A DNA stretch of 36,172 bases from a virus (IMGVR_UViG_3300020598_000001:1-36172); one strand, 5' to 3'. Counted from the stretch's first letter, positions 25,714 through 34,362 are shown. Program-made: numbers and translations. The notes: generated from the sequence alone by a model not told the origin.

Positions 25714-27513
25714 TCAGTCGGCCGGGCCGGCAGCCAGCGCGGTGGCCACGGGCACCAGCGTGGTGCGCTGCTTGAGGCCCCGGAAATTGCAGGGGGCGCC
25801 CTTCATCGCGCCGGGCACGCGGCCGAGGCTCTGGCGCCACACGCCGGCGGCGCCGCTGCGGCCAGCCCAATGCGTGCCCTGGAAGATGGCCTGGAGCTGC
25901 GCGTGCGAATGCGCCACGGCCAGCGCGCCTTCCCATTCGCCGGCCTTGTCCAGCACCGCTTTGCCATCCGCACCCAGCGCCGGCATGAAGCGCAGGCCGC
26001 AGGCGGCCAGCACGTCTTGCGCCTCGCCGCGCTCGCCGGCGTTGGGGCGCCGCATCTCGCCGGGCTGGTCCTCCTGGCGCAGCACTTCGCGGTTGGCGGC
26101 GATGGCCAGCCAGGTGGCGAGGGGCGCCACCTTGCCGCCCTTCACCATGCCGCTGGGGGGCGTGCTGGTGGCCAGGTGGCGCAGGCAATGCGCCCAATCC
26201 GGCAATTCCTCGGCGCGCTCGTGGCTGCTGCTGCTGGCCAGCTCGTCGCAAATCTCGGCCAGGCTGTCGGCGTCGGGGGCGTGGTCGTGCAGGGCAATGT
26301 CCGCCGCCGCCAGCATCGTGCCGTATTCGTCGGCGCCTCGGCTGTCGTAGCCGCGCGCCAGCAGGGCTTGCCGCCAAGCGTCCAGCCGGTCGTCCCATCC
26401 CGGCCAGGCGTCGGCCATGCGCCGCAGCAGGCGGCGGCCCAGCAGGCGGCAGGCGTCGGGCCGCAGGGCTGGCGGCTTGGCGCCGGTCTTGGCCAGCGGT
26501 TGCAGGTTCAGCACCGCGATGCGGGAGAGGTCGGCCGGCCGCAGTGGCGGAATGAGAATTGAGCTGTAGAGGATCGGGAAGCGCGCCAGGAAGGAATGGC
26601 CGCTGTGATCCTGGCCGCCGCGCAGCACGGTGCCGCCGCTGCTGGCCTGGCGGGACAGGGCCAGCATGGCTTCCATGCGGCGGTTATCTTCCTCGGCCTC
26701 GGCCTCGTCCAAGGCGACGGGGAGCGAATCATGCTGGAGGTGCTGGCGGATGGACGCGGCCGTGGCGTCGCTGGTGCAGACAATGCCCTCGCCGTCCACC
26801 AGGGACAGCTTGACCAGCTCTTGCAGCGTGGACTTGCCGGTGCCCCGGTCGCCGGTCAGCCAGGCGGCCGGGCGCCAGTGCAGCGCGCCGCCGAGCTGCG
26901 CCGCGCAGAGCCAGCCCAGCATTAGCAGCGGGTCGATTTCCGGCCGCTCCCACCGCCAGGTGCGCAGCAGGGCCAGCAGCTCGCCGGCGGGGCCGGCGGC
27001 GCCGCCTGGCTGCGCATCCTCATGGGGCCGGGGGCGGCGCGGCAGGACGGGGTAAACGTGGCCCTCGCGCTCGCCGGGCCGCAACAGGGCGCCGTTCTGC
27101 CAGAGCTGTTCGCCCAGGTGCAGCACCAGGCCGCCGTCCTCGGTGCGCCAGGCGCCGCGCCCGCGCACCTTGGCATAAGGCGACCACACGCCGCGCACGC
27201 CGCAGGCTTCCATCAGCGCATCGGTGACGGCTTCCGGCCGATAGCCGGTTATGTTCCCGTCCTTGTCCATGCGCGGCCAGGTCTTTTGCAGGTAGGCGTT
27301 GCGCGGGGTGAACAGGCGGGCAAAGCCGTTGCGGGAGTGATCGCGCGGCGCCAGCGGCCGGAGCTGGCCCAGGGCGTCGAGGTACCAGCAGGTTTCGCCG
27401 TCCACGCCGAGCGCCCGCACCGGGCAGTCGGGCGGCAGCTCGCCTTTCTGTCCGCCGCCGCGCTCGTCCGCCCCGCGCAGCGCGGAACGGATTTCGGAAA
27501 TGTCTTGGCTCAC
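25714..27513 (-). CDS. Replicative helicase-like P-loop NTPase, about 599 aa
   Basis: Walker A GDRGTGKST and Walker B VALDEAE; GTG at 27513 overlaps the primase stop. Confidence 0.75.
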   Translation of the reverse strand: MSQDISEIRSALRGADERGGGQKGELPPDCPVRALGVDGETCWYLDALGQLRPLAPRDHSRNGFARLFTPRNAYLQKTWPRMDKDGNITGYRPEAVTDALMEACGVRGVWSPYAKVRGRGAWRTEDGGLVLHLGEQLWQNGALLRPGEREGHVYPVLPRRPRPHEDAQPGGAAGPAGELLALLRTWRWERPEIDPLLMLGWLCAAQLGGALHWRPAAWLTGDRGTGKSTLQELVKLSLVDGEGIVCTSDATAASIRQHLQHDSLPVALDEAEAEEDNRRMEAMLALSRQASSGGTVLRGGQDHSGHSFLARFPILYSSILIPPLRPADLSRIAVLNLQPLAKTGAKPPALRPDACRLLGRRLLRRMADAWPGWDDRLDAWRQALLARGYDSRGADEYGTMLAAADIALHDHAPDADSLAEICDELASSSSHERAEELPDWAHCLRHLATSTPPSGMVKGGKVAPLATWLAIAANREVLRQEDQPGEMRRPNAGERGEAQDVLAACGLRFMPALGADGKAVLDKAGEWEGALAVAHSHAQLQAIFQGTHWAGRSGAAGVWRQSLGRVPGAMKGAPCNFRGLKQRTTLVPVATALAAGPAD

Positions 27514-28622
27514 TGTGCTGCGGTCCCTTGGCGGCGCTTCGCCTGCCACCAGTCGTTGAAGTCCGCGAAGCCAGGCGGCGGGGTCGCCTCGCGCACGCGG
27601 CGCCCTTCGGATTGCCAGCGGCGCACGGCGCGCTCGCGCGCATCGCCGGCCTGCACGCGCCCGCGCTCGTTCTTCTCGCGGTCGCAGATCAACCACACGT
27701 CGCGGAGCTGCGGCGGTAGGTCGATGTTGGAAAAGTTGCTGACGCTGACAGCCGCCAGCACGCGCCACTCCGGGCAGGCCAGGGCGATGGTCAGCGCATC
27801 TTCGATGCCCTCCGCGATGGCCACCGCGTCGGTTTCCGGCGCGTCGGCCAGGCTCTTGCCGCTGGCGCCGCGCCATAGGCGGATGCTGCCCCCGACGTAG
27901 CCGCCCAGCACCTTCTTGGCGCTGTTCAGCCGCGCCTTGCCCCACACGCCGCCGTGCTGCGCCAGGTAGGTGCGATGCGTGGCGATGTGCTGGCCGCTGG
28001 CGTCGGTGATGGCGGCGAGCATGGCCGGCAGGCGGATGCGCTCGCCGGTGCGGCTGCATGACAGCTCGGCGCAGATCACGGCGGGATGGAAGCGCAGCGC
28101 GCGCGGCACGCGGCCCAGCTCGCCCAGCTCGATGCCGCGCCCGGCCAGGTAGTCGGCCGCCGGGGTGCCCTTGATCGTCTCCGACGCCTCCAGCCAGAGG
28201 CGCTTGGCGGCCACGCGCTTGCCGTCCTCGTCGCGCTCGCTTTCGATCTTGCGCACCGGCGCCGGGCGCTGCGTCGCCATGGCGTTGTGGTCGTAGTCCT
28301 GCGCCAGTCCCAGCCAGCCGCGCGCCCAGCGGATCGCGTCCGACTTGTTGCCGCTGAACAGGCAGGCGGCCACCAGGTCGAGGGCGTCGCCCCGGTGCCG
28401 GGGGTCGGCGCTGCTAAAGTCCTTCCACACGCCGCGCCGGGCGCCGCGCAGATGCACCGCCATGGATTGGCCCGGCTCGCCGGCGACGGACCCCACGCGC
28501 CACTCCGCGCCGTCCTTCTTGCCGGCCGGCAGCAGCTCGGCGCAGAGGGTTTCGATTTGCGCCGCCAGCAGCTCGGCAATCTGCGGCACGCTGGTGGCGT
28601 AGCGGCGGGGCGGGGCGGTCAT
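27510..28622 (-). CDS. DNA primase (TOPRIM)
   Basis: GDALDL, YLAGRGI, HRTYL, IAEGIEDAL, LICDRE and DFND motifs. Confidence 0.88.
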   Translation of the reverse strand: MTAPPRRYATSVPQIAELLAAQIETLCAELLPAGKKDGAEWRVGSVAGEPGQSMAVHLRGARRGVWKDFSSADPRHRGDALDLVAACLFSGNKSDAIRWARGWLGLAQDYDHNAMATQRPAPVRKIESERDEDGKRVAAKRLWLEASETIKGTPAADYLAGRGIELGELGRVPRALRFHPAVICAELSCSRTGERIRLPAMLAAITDASGQHIATHRTYLAQHGGVWGKARLNSAKKVLGGYVGGSIRLWRGASGKSLADAPETDAVAIAEGIEDALTIALACPEWRVLAAVSVSNFSNIDLPPQLRDVWLICDREKNERGRVQAGDARERAVRRWQSEGRRVREATPPPGFADFNDWWQAKRRQGTAAQ

Positions 28623-28849
28623 CGCGCGGCGGGCCTTTCGAGGCCCTGGCGGATCGCTTCCACCGCCTCGCCCACCATGCCCGCGTTCTTGGCCGCCTCG
28701 TTCATCCGGTCGCGCCGGTCGCCGGTGGTGGCCAGGGCGGCGCGGTCGAGGCGGTCGAGCGCGTCGCGCAGGTTGGAGGCGGCGCGGGCGAGGGCGCGAT
28801 GCGCCGCGCGTTCGTGCAGGGCGGTCATGCAGTCGGCCGGAAGGGTCAT
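28619..28849 (-). CDS. Hypothetical early protein, 76 aa
   Basis: ATGA-coupled to both neighbours; helical. Confidence 0.65.
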   Translation of the reverse strand: MTLPADCMTALHERAAHRALARAASNLRDALDRLDRAALATTGDRRDRMNEAAKNAGMVGEAVEAIRQGLERPAAR

Positions 28850-29178
28850 GCGGCGCCCTGCTTGGCGGCGATGGCGCGGGCGGCCTCGGGGCCGTGGATG
28901 GCTTCCATCTCGGCTAGGCGCTCCAGCAGGTCGAGGGCCTGGCGGGCGCGGCGGATCAGCTCGGCCAGGTCGGGGGTGCGGCGGTACTTGGCGGCGATGG
29001 CCTGCACCAGCAGCGCGGCGTGTTCCTCGGCCGGCGTCTCCAGGTGCAGCGGGCCGCGCTGCGCGGTGAAGTCGCGCAGCCGGCCATCGGCGCCGAAGGT
29101 GAGCATGGCCAGGGCGGTGAGGTCGCCGCCCAGGTGCAGGGGTTGCGCCGTGGTGGCGGCCTGGTCGCGCACCAGCAT
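28846..29178 (-). CDS. Hypothetical early protein, 110 aa
   Basis: Directly follows the cro-like gene and is coupled to the next gene. Confidence 0.65.
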   Translation of the reverse strand: MLVRDQAATTAQPLHLGGDLTALAMLTFGADGRLRDFTAQRGPLHLETPAEEHAALLVQAIAAKYRRTPDLAELIRRARQALDLLERLAEMEAIHGPEAARAIAAKQGAA

Positions 29179-29179
29179 G

Positions 29180-29431
29180 TCAGGCCACCAGCAAGGCCGG
29201 TTGGCGTGGGTCGCGCGTCGGGTGCAGCGCGGCTTGCGGCTCGTCCAGCCAGTCGTTGGGCGTCACCGCGCCATCGGTCGCAAAGTAGATGGCGACCATC
29301 TGCCGCCAGCTCGGCACCAGGCGCTTGCGGCGCCAGCGCGACACGGTGGAGTGGTCCACGCCGCCGACGACTCGGCCAAAGGCGGCGAGCGTCAGCTTGG
29401 GCCGGTCTGTCAACCATTGGTCGAGCGTCAT
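29180..29431 (-). CDS. Cro-like HTH regulator, 83 aa
   Basis: MTLDQWL...LAAFGRVVGGVDHSTVSRWRR...TDGAVTPNDW; divergent from the CI-like gene. Confidence 0.85.
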   Translation of the reverse strand: MTLDQWLTDRPKLTLAAFGRVVGGVDHSTVSRWRRKRLVPSWRQMVAIYFATDGAVTPNDWLDEPQAALHPTRDPRQPALLVA

Positions 29432-29615
29432 AAGCGCCTTTCCCGCACACGTTTTTGTGCGTGTCAAGCAAATGTGCGTGAGGCGCAAAACATCGAAGTT
29501 TCGGCAGGAAATTTTCGCAGACCATGCCGCAAACGCCCCTCTGCCCTGTGCTTCGCGCGCAAGGGCGGCCCGGTGCAGGCTCCGCGCGAGCACGAAAATG
29601 GGGGATTTTTTCGCA
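29432..29615. promoter_or_regulatory. cI/cro switch region with 17-bp operators
   Basis: TTGACA on the minus strand (29462-29467); operators at 29456-29472, 29473-29489 and 29547-29563. Confidence 0.7.
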
Positions 29616-29987
29616 ATGCCGAAACCGCGCATGGAGGTGCCGCCATCGGCGCCGAATCACCTGCGCGCCTGGCGCCAGCGGGCCGGCCTGTCGCTGGTCG
29701 AGGTAGCCGAACGAGAGGGGGTGTCGCACTCGGCCGTGCAGCGGTGGGAGATGGGAATTGCGCCCGTGACCTTACAGCGGCTGGAAACTTTGGCGCGCAC
29801 GCTCGGGGTGCAGCACACCTTCCAGCTCTTGTTGCCGCCGGATGAGATCGACGCGCCGGGCCAGCTCTGGCGCCATTGGCTGCTGCTGCGACGGATGAAT
29901 GCGGCCGAGGCCGCCGCCTGGCTGGCCTTCGGGGAGCGAATCGCGCCGCCGGAAATTCCGCCCGATCCGGCGCCGGATGTTGCCTAG
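29616..29987 (+). CDS. CI-like XRE repressor, about 123 aa, with no S24 peptidase domain
   Basis: NHLRAWRQRAGLSLVEVAEREGVSHSAVQRWEMG HTH; start at 29616 or 29598. Confidence 0.85.
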   Translation: MPKPRMEVPPSAPNHLRAWRQRAGLSLVEVAEREGVSHSAVQRWEMGIAPVTLQRLETLARTLGVQHTFQLLLPPDEIDAPGQLWRHWLLLRRMNAAEAAAWLAFGERIAPPEIPPDPAPDVA

Positions 29988-30022
29988 GTGGTTTGTTTCC
30001 CACATTTTTTGGCGCCGCGGAC

Positions 30023-30039
30023 TGTGCATAAACTGCACA
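30023..30039. promoter_or_regulatory. 17-bp operator upstream of the integrase gene
   Basis: Palindrome TGTGCA-TAAAC-TGCACA. Confidence 0.6.
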
Positions 30040-30063
30040 ATTCGGTTGCCCTGCGGCATTGTT

Positions 30064-30119
30064 GGCGCCATGGTGCTGTGGCGCCACGGCGTCGCGATAG
30101 CGCGGCGCCACGGCGCCAT
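30064..30119. repeat. 8-bp tandem repeat array (7 units) upstream of the integrase gene
   Basis: GGCGCCAT GGTGCTGT GGCGCCAC GGCGTCGC GATAGCGC GGCGCCAC GGCGCCAT. Confidence 0.75.
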
Positions 30120-30136
30120 GTGGTGGAGGCGAGAAC

Positions 30137-31324
30137 ATGGCGAAACTGACGGTGCGGCACCTGGTCGAGCGGCCCGGCGCGGATGGCCCCCGGTTCTACT
30201 GGCAGCCCTCCACGGCGCTGCGCGCCGCCGGCTGGCAGGCGCGGCGCCTGGTGGATGCCGGCGGCGCGCCGCTGCGCGAGGCGCACCAGGCCGCCGCCGC
30301 CGCCGAAGCGATCAACCGCGAGCTGGATGCCTGGCGCGCGGCGCAGGACGCGGGCGCGGCCAAGCCGCGCGCGCCCAAGGCCGGCACGGTCGCGGCGCTG
30401 GTCGCCGCCTATCAGCGGTCGCGCTGGTGGCGCGAGCTGGCGCCGCGCACGCAACGCGACTACGCGGCGCACCTGGCGGCCATCGTGGCGTGGGCGGGCG
30501 CGCGGCCGGCCCGCTCCCTCACGCCGCCCGATGTGCAAGCCTTCCATGCCGCCCAGCTCGGCCGCCGCCGCGTGCGCGCCGCCGGCGGCCGGTGGGTGGT
30601 CGAGGAAACCCCGGCCAAGGCGGCGGCGGCCGTGGCGGTGCTGCGGCTGCTGCTGGAGGCCGGCCGCCGGCTCGGCCTGGTGTCGGACAACGCCGCCGCC
30701 CGGCCGGGCATCGGCCGGGAGCGCCAGCGCGAGCCGCAGCTCTGGAGCGCGGAAGCCGTGGCGGCCATGGTGGCGGCGGCCGATGCCGCCGGCCTGCGCA
30801 GCATGGGAACGGCCATCCTGCTGAACGCCTGGCTGGGGCAGCGCGAAGGCGACGTGTTGGCGCTGGCGCCGTGGTCGGTGGAGGACGGCGCGCTGCGGCT
30901 GCGCCAGGGCAAGCGCGGGCGCCTGGTGGCGCTGCCGGTCGGCACGGTGCCGCAGCTCGTCGCGCGGCTGCGCGAGGATGCCGCCCAGCCCGGCGCGGTG
31001 CGCTCGGTGTCGCACCTGCTGGTCTGCGAGCTGACCGGCCAGCCATGGGCGGAAAGCACCTTCCGGCACAAGTTCGCGGAAGTGCGCGCGGCGGCGGCGG
31101 CGGCGCTGCCGGAATGCGCCGGCCTGCGCTTCATGGAGCTGCGCCACACGGCGGTGACGCGCCTGCATGAAGCCGGGGTGGATGCGCTGGGGATTGCCGC
31201 CATCACCGGCCACGCGCCGGGCAGCGTGCTGCGCATCCTGGCGGACCACTACCTGGTGCGCACGGAGAAGGCCGCCGCGCGCGCCTTCGCCACGCGCCTG
31301 GCGGCGGAAGGGGCGCCGGCATGA
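30137..31324 (+). CDS. Tyrosine recombinase/integrase
   Basis: GQREGD (Arg), QGK (Lys), FMELRHT (HxxR box with His replaced by Met), ITGH and HY (Tyr); GGAGG RBS. Confidence 0.9.
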   Translation: MAKLTVRHLVERPGADGPRFYWQPSTALRAAGWQARRLVDAGGAPLREAHQAAAAAEAINRELDAWRAAQDAGAAKPRAPKAGTVAALVAAYQRSRWWRELAPRTQRDYAAHLAAIVAWAGARPARSLTPPDVQAFHAAQLGRRRVRAAGGRWVVEETPAKAAAAVAVLRLLLEAGRRLGLVSDNAAARPGIGRERQREPQLWSAEAVAAMVAAADAAGLRSMGTAILLNAWLGQREGDVLALAPWSVEDGALRLRQGKRGRLVALPVGTVPQLVARLREDAAQPGAVRSVSHLLVCELTGQPWAESTFRHKFAEVRAAAAAALPECAGLRFMELRHTAVTRLHEAGVDALGIAAITGHAPGSVLRILADHYLVRTEKAAARAFATRLAAEGAPA

Positions 31325-31533
31325 ACGCCGATCTGGAAGCCCGCCTGGCGCGCATCGAGGCCGCCTTGCACCTGGCGCCGCCGGTGCGGCGGGAACGCCT
31401 GCCGCTGACGCCGGCCGGGTTTGAGGGCCGGCGCTGGGTCGGGCCGGTGGTGCAGGGCTGCGGCTGCCCGCCCTCGGGCGCCTGCGTGCGGGCGGACTGC
31501 CCGCACCAGGCCGCGCCACAACCAGGGCGCTAA
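31321..31533 (+). CDS. Small Cys-rich hypothetical protein, 70 aa
   Basis: ATGA overlap with the integrase stop; C-terminal GCGCPPSGACVRADCPH. Confidence 0.55.
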   Translation: MNADLEARLARIEAALHLAPPVRRERLPLTPAGFEGRRWVGPVVQGCGCPPSGACVRADCPHQAAPQPGR

Positions 31534-31546
31534 CAAGGGTTGCCCG

Positions 31547-31563
31547 TGTGCTTCGCGCGCACA
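31547..31563. promoter_or_regulatory. 17-bp operator upstream of the rep-like gene
   Basis: TGTGCT-TCGCG-CGCACA, nearly identical to 29547-29563 including flanks. Confidence 0.6.
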
Positions 31564-31846
31564 GGGGCTTGGCAATCCGCTAGGTTTCGGGGCAGGTTCC
31601 CTAGTCCCACAACTCGGAGTCGATTCTAGCCCACCCCCCAAAACTGAAAACGGCCCGCATCCCAGCCACGGGAAGCGAGCCGCCAGCGGACAACCCGAGA
31701 GGGGAAGGCCGGAAAGGTGCACTACTCGCCGCCGATCCTGCCCCCCTCCTGCGATTCGCGCAAGCCCCGCCTTGCCACGGCGGCGCTCGGCCTGCTGGCT
31801 GTCTCCTTCACGGGTTCGTGCGGGCCTCGCTTGAGAGGTCAGCAGA

Positions 31847-32419
31847 ATGCACCACCACCTTGCCCGGCGCTGGTTGGCCGGGTCGATCTTCGGAACCGGC
31901 CGGCGTCGCAAGCTGTGCCGTGCGGCGCGCCGCCTGTGGGGCGCCCGCCTGGAAGCGGCCCGGCGCGCCGGCCACATCACCGCGCTGCATGTCGAGATTG
32001 GCCGCGCGCTGCTGCGCCGGCTCGGCGTCGAGGGCCAGCTTGATCCGTCGCACGAAACCGTCGCCGGCGATGCCGCCTGCTCGGCGCGCACGGTGCGGCG
32101 GGCGCTGGCCCGCTTGGCGGCGCTCGGCCTGGTCGCCTGGCAACGCCGCCTGGTGCGCGCCGGCTGGCGGGTCGAGCAAACCAGCAACGCCTACGAGCTG
32201 ACGGAGGGGCGGCCCTTCGCGCCGCGTCCGCGCCGGATTTCCACCGGCGGACAAGCTGGCCGGGAAACCAGATCTAGATTTATCCAAGAGACGGTGCCGC
32301 CGGTGTCGGTCGCGGTGCAGCGGGCGGCGCAAGCCAGCCTGGCGGCGGTCGCGGAACGGATGCAGGCGAGCTTGCGGGCCGCGTGGCAGGCCAAGAGGGG
32401 GGCGGCCGTGGCATCGTAG
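31847..32419 (+). CDS. Plasmid replication initiator-like winged-HTH protein
   Basis: GQLDPSHETVAGDAACSARTVRRALARLAALGLVAW (HTH_36-like) plus EQTSNAY, a motif I recognise from alphaproteobacterial plasmid Rep proteins. Confidence 0.7.
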   Translation: MHHHLARRWLAGSIFGTGRRRKLCRAARRLWGARLEAARRAGHITALHVEIGRALLRRLGVEGQLDPSHETVAGDAACSARTVRRALARLAALGLVAWQRRLVRAGWRVEQTSNAYELTEGRPFAPRPRRISTGGQAGRETRSRFIQETVPPVSVAVQRAAQASLAAVAERMQASLRAAWQAKRGAAVAS

Positions 32420-32441
32420 CGCCACGGCGCCATGGCGGCGC
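32402..32441. repeat. 8-bp tandem repeat array (about 5 degenerate units) at the end of rep
   Basis: GCGGCCGT GGCATCGT AGCGCCAC GGCGCCAT GGCGGCGC. Confidence 0.55.
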
Positions 32442-32587
32442 TAGCCCAGCAGGCGGGAGAGCCAGGCCAGCGCCAGGTTGAGGCGGGCGGCGGCGGTGGA
32501 GAGCGCCCAGCCGCCCAGCGCCAGGCCGGCCAGGTGCAGCAGCCAGGGCAGCGCCGCACCGCCCTGGTGGTGGCTCGGGTTGCTCAT
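32441..32587 (-). CDS. Small hydrophobic protein, 48 aa
   Basis: MSNPSHHQGGAALPWLLHLAGLALGGWALSTAAARLNLALAGLSRLLG; ATGA overlap with the upstream stop. Confidence 0.45.
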   Translation of the reverse strand: MSNPSHHQGGAALPWLLHLAGLALGGWALSTAAARLNLALAWLSRLLG

Positions 32588-33021
32588 GCCACCAGCTCGC
32601 GCAGGCGGGCGGCCAGCCAGCCCTTTTGCGAGCCGATGCCCAGGCCAGCCATGGGCACGGCCGCGTGCGTCGCCCAGCTCGTCACGCCGTCGCGGTACAG
32701 ACGGCCGGCCAGGAAGGTGAGCGGGCAGGGGGCGCCCAGCCGGTCGGTGAGCTGCTGGCGCACCATGGCCGCCCAGGCGGCGCGCTCGGCGCGGGTCATG
32801 TCCAGCAAGGTGCGGTCGTAGGGCGCGACCACCTGGCCGGGGTCGAGCAAGCCATGCTCGGCCGAGAGGATCAGCCAGGGCACGCGGCGGGCCTCAACAT
32901 AGGCGCGGGCCTTGTTGAACCAGTCGCTCCGGTAGAGCTGCGCGGCGGGGGCGGGCCGGTCCACCTTCTGCGAGACGCAGGCAACCAGGTGGAGCGGCGC
33001 GGGGTCGGTGGTGTGGGTCAT
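32584..33021 (-). CDS. DUF6884-like protein, about 145 aa
   Basis: LVACVSQK...AAQLYRSDWF...ILSAEHGLL...PYD...LAGRLY...GLGIGSQ motifs. Confidence 0.72.
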   Translation of the reverse strand: MTHTTDPAPLHLVACVSQKVDRPAPAAQLYRSDWFNKARAYVEARRVPWLILSAEHGLLDPGQVVAPYDRTLLDMTRAERAAWAAMVRQQLTDRLGAPCPLTFLAGRLYRDGVTSWATHAAVPMAGLGIGSQKGWLAARLRELVA

Positions 33022-33044
33022 GGCGCCAGGACTCTGCCGGTCCT

Positions 33045-33092
33045 GGCGTCGTGGTGTCAAGGCGCCGTGGCGCCACGGCGCCAAGGCGTCAC
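33045..33092. repeat. 8-bp tandem repeat array (6 units)
   Basis: GGCGTCGT GGTGTCAA GGCGCCGT GGCGCCAC GGCGCCAA GGCGTCAC. Confidence 0.8.
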
Positions 33093-33319
33093 GCTTGGCG
33101 CGGCTTCTTCGGCGGCGGCGGCCAGTCGTGGAAGCCTGGCGCCAGCTCGGCTTGCCAGCCGGTGGCATCCTCGGCGCGGAAGTGGAAGCGGCGCACCACG
33201 GTGCCGGCCGCGTCGCGGATCAGCACCGAGAACCAGGGGCGCGCGTCGCCCAGCTCGTCGGCCGGGTCGCCGCGCGTGACATGGGCGGACCGCTCGGCGG
33301 CGGCGGTGTCTTGGGTCAT
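33089..33319 (-). CDS. Hypothetical protein, 76 aa
   Basis: ATGA-coupled within the par operon. Confidence 0.55.
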   Translation of the reverse strand: MTQDTAAAERSAHVTRGDPADELGDARPWFSVLIRDAAGTVVRRFHFRAEDATGWQAELAPGFHDWPPPPKKPRQA

Positions 33320-33477
33320 GCGCCGGGCCTCTCCTGCGGGGCGGGACTGTCCACCAGGCGGGCGCGCAGCTTGGCCAGCAGCTCGCCTTCCTGCGCGTTG
33401 GTCCAGCCGGGCGGCACGTACAGCTCGGGGCCGCCGGGATAGAGCGGCACCACGCGGGCGGCGGTGTCCTCGCTCAT
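33316..33477 (-). CDS. Hypothetical protein, 53 aa
   Basis: MSEDTAARVVPLYPGG...; ATGA overlap with the parA stop and with the next start. Confidence 0.5.
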   Translation of the reverse strand: MSEDTAARVVPLYPGGPELYVPPGWTNAQEGELLAKLRARLVDSPAPQERPGA

Positions 33478-34100
33478 GCCCTCGGTTCCTCCAGCTCGGC
33501 GGGGTCGATCCCGGCGCGGGCCAGCACTTCCAGCACCAGGCCGCGCGCCGGCGCCGCCAGGTCGTAGGCGGCGGCCTGGTAGCCCTCGGCCGACAACAGC
33601 CCGTCGAGCTTGGAGAGGGCCGGGAAGGGGGCCATGCGGCGCTTCTCGGGGACCATCTCCAGCCAGCGGCGCACGCGGCGGGCGGTGCCGGGGTGGCGCG
33701 GCCAGGCGGTCGGCAGCGCCACGGCTTTGGCCAGGCGCTCCAGGTTCAGCACGGCGCGCTCGGCGTCCTGCGCCGCCGGCTTGTAGGGCAGCAGCGCCAT
33801 GTCGGCCACGTCCTGCACCACCGCGTCGAGGTCGGGCCGGGCGGCGGCGCCGTCCACCAGCACCAGGATGCGGTCCTGCGCTAGCCAATGCTCCAGCTCG
33901 GCCAGCAGCAGGGCCGGGGTGCGGGCGTCGCGCACCAGGTAGCGGCGCGGATCGTCGCGGGGTTCTTCCTCGGGGTCGGTGGTCAGCACCACGGCGTTGA
34001 TGGGGCGGGGCAGGGAGCCGGCGCCGTGCGCGATCAGGTGCGCCGTGCTGCTCTTGCCGCTGCCGCCCTTGCTGCCCACCAGGGCGATGACCTTAGCCAT
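33474..34100 (-). CDS. parA: ParA-family partition ATPase (short type Ib), 208 aa
   Basis: Deviant Walker A KGGSGKSS, TTDP and VLVDG motifs; no N-terminal HTH. Confidence 0.88.
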   Translation of the reverse strand: MAKVIALVGSKGGSGKSSTAHLIAHGAGSLPRPINAVVLTTDPEEEPRDDPRRYLVRDARTPALLLAELEHWLAQDRILVLVDGAAARPDLDAVVQDVADMALLPYKPAAQDAERAVLNLERLAKAVALPTAWPRHPGTARRVRRWLEMVPEKRRMAPFPALSKLDGLLSAEGYQAAAYDLAAPARGLVLEVLARAGIDPAELEEPRA

Positions 34101-34362
34101 GGGGGAGGGCCTTCCCCAGCACGTCGAGGATGACGGCCTGCACGGTGACGGTGCGGCCGGCCTCGGCGGTGCGGCGGGCGGACTCGGCCGCCAGGCGGGC
34201 GCGCAGCTCGGCCGGCATCCGCACGTTGACGGGTTCGCCGCGCTCGCGCGCCGGGGCGCTGGGCGCGGGCGCAGGGGCAGGGGCAGCGGCCGGCTTCGGC
34301 GCCGTGGCGTCGGGCGCCATCTTGCGCAGGCCGGCGAGACGGTCGGGATGTTTGGACGCCAT
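34093..34362 (-). CDS. Ribbon-helix-helix centromere-binding protein (ParG-like), 89 aa
   Basis: Flexible Pro/Ala N-terminal tail, then PVNVRMPAELRARL...VQAVILDVL (RHH); overlaps the parA start. Confidence 0.75.
   Translation of the reverse strand: MASKHPDRLAGLRKMAPDATAPKPAAAPAPAPAPSAPARERGEPVNVRMPAELRARLAAESARRTAEAGRTVTVQAVILDVLGKALPHG

Noticed and set aside
27514-28059. N-terminal extension of the 781-aa ORF-track helicase
   Set aside because: Overlaps the primase gene in another frame; the GTG at 27513 coupled to the primase stop is the more plausible start.
29988-30136. attP core near the integrase
   Set aside because: No tRNA-like fragment or identifiable core seen; it cannot be called without the host genome.
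33045-33092. 8-bp arrays as a CRISPR or mini-array
   Set aside because: Units are contiguous 8-mers with no spacers, and there are no cas genes.
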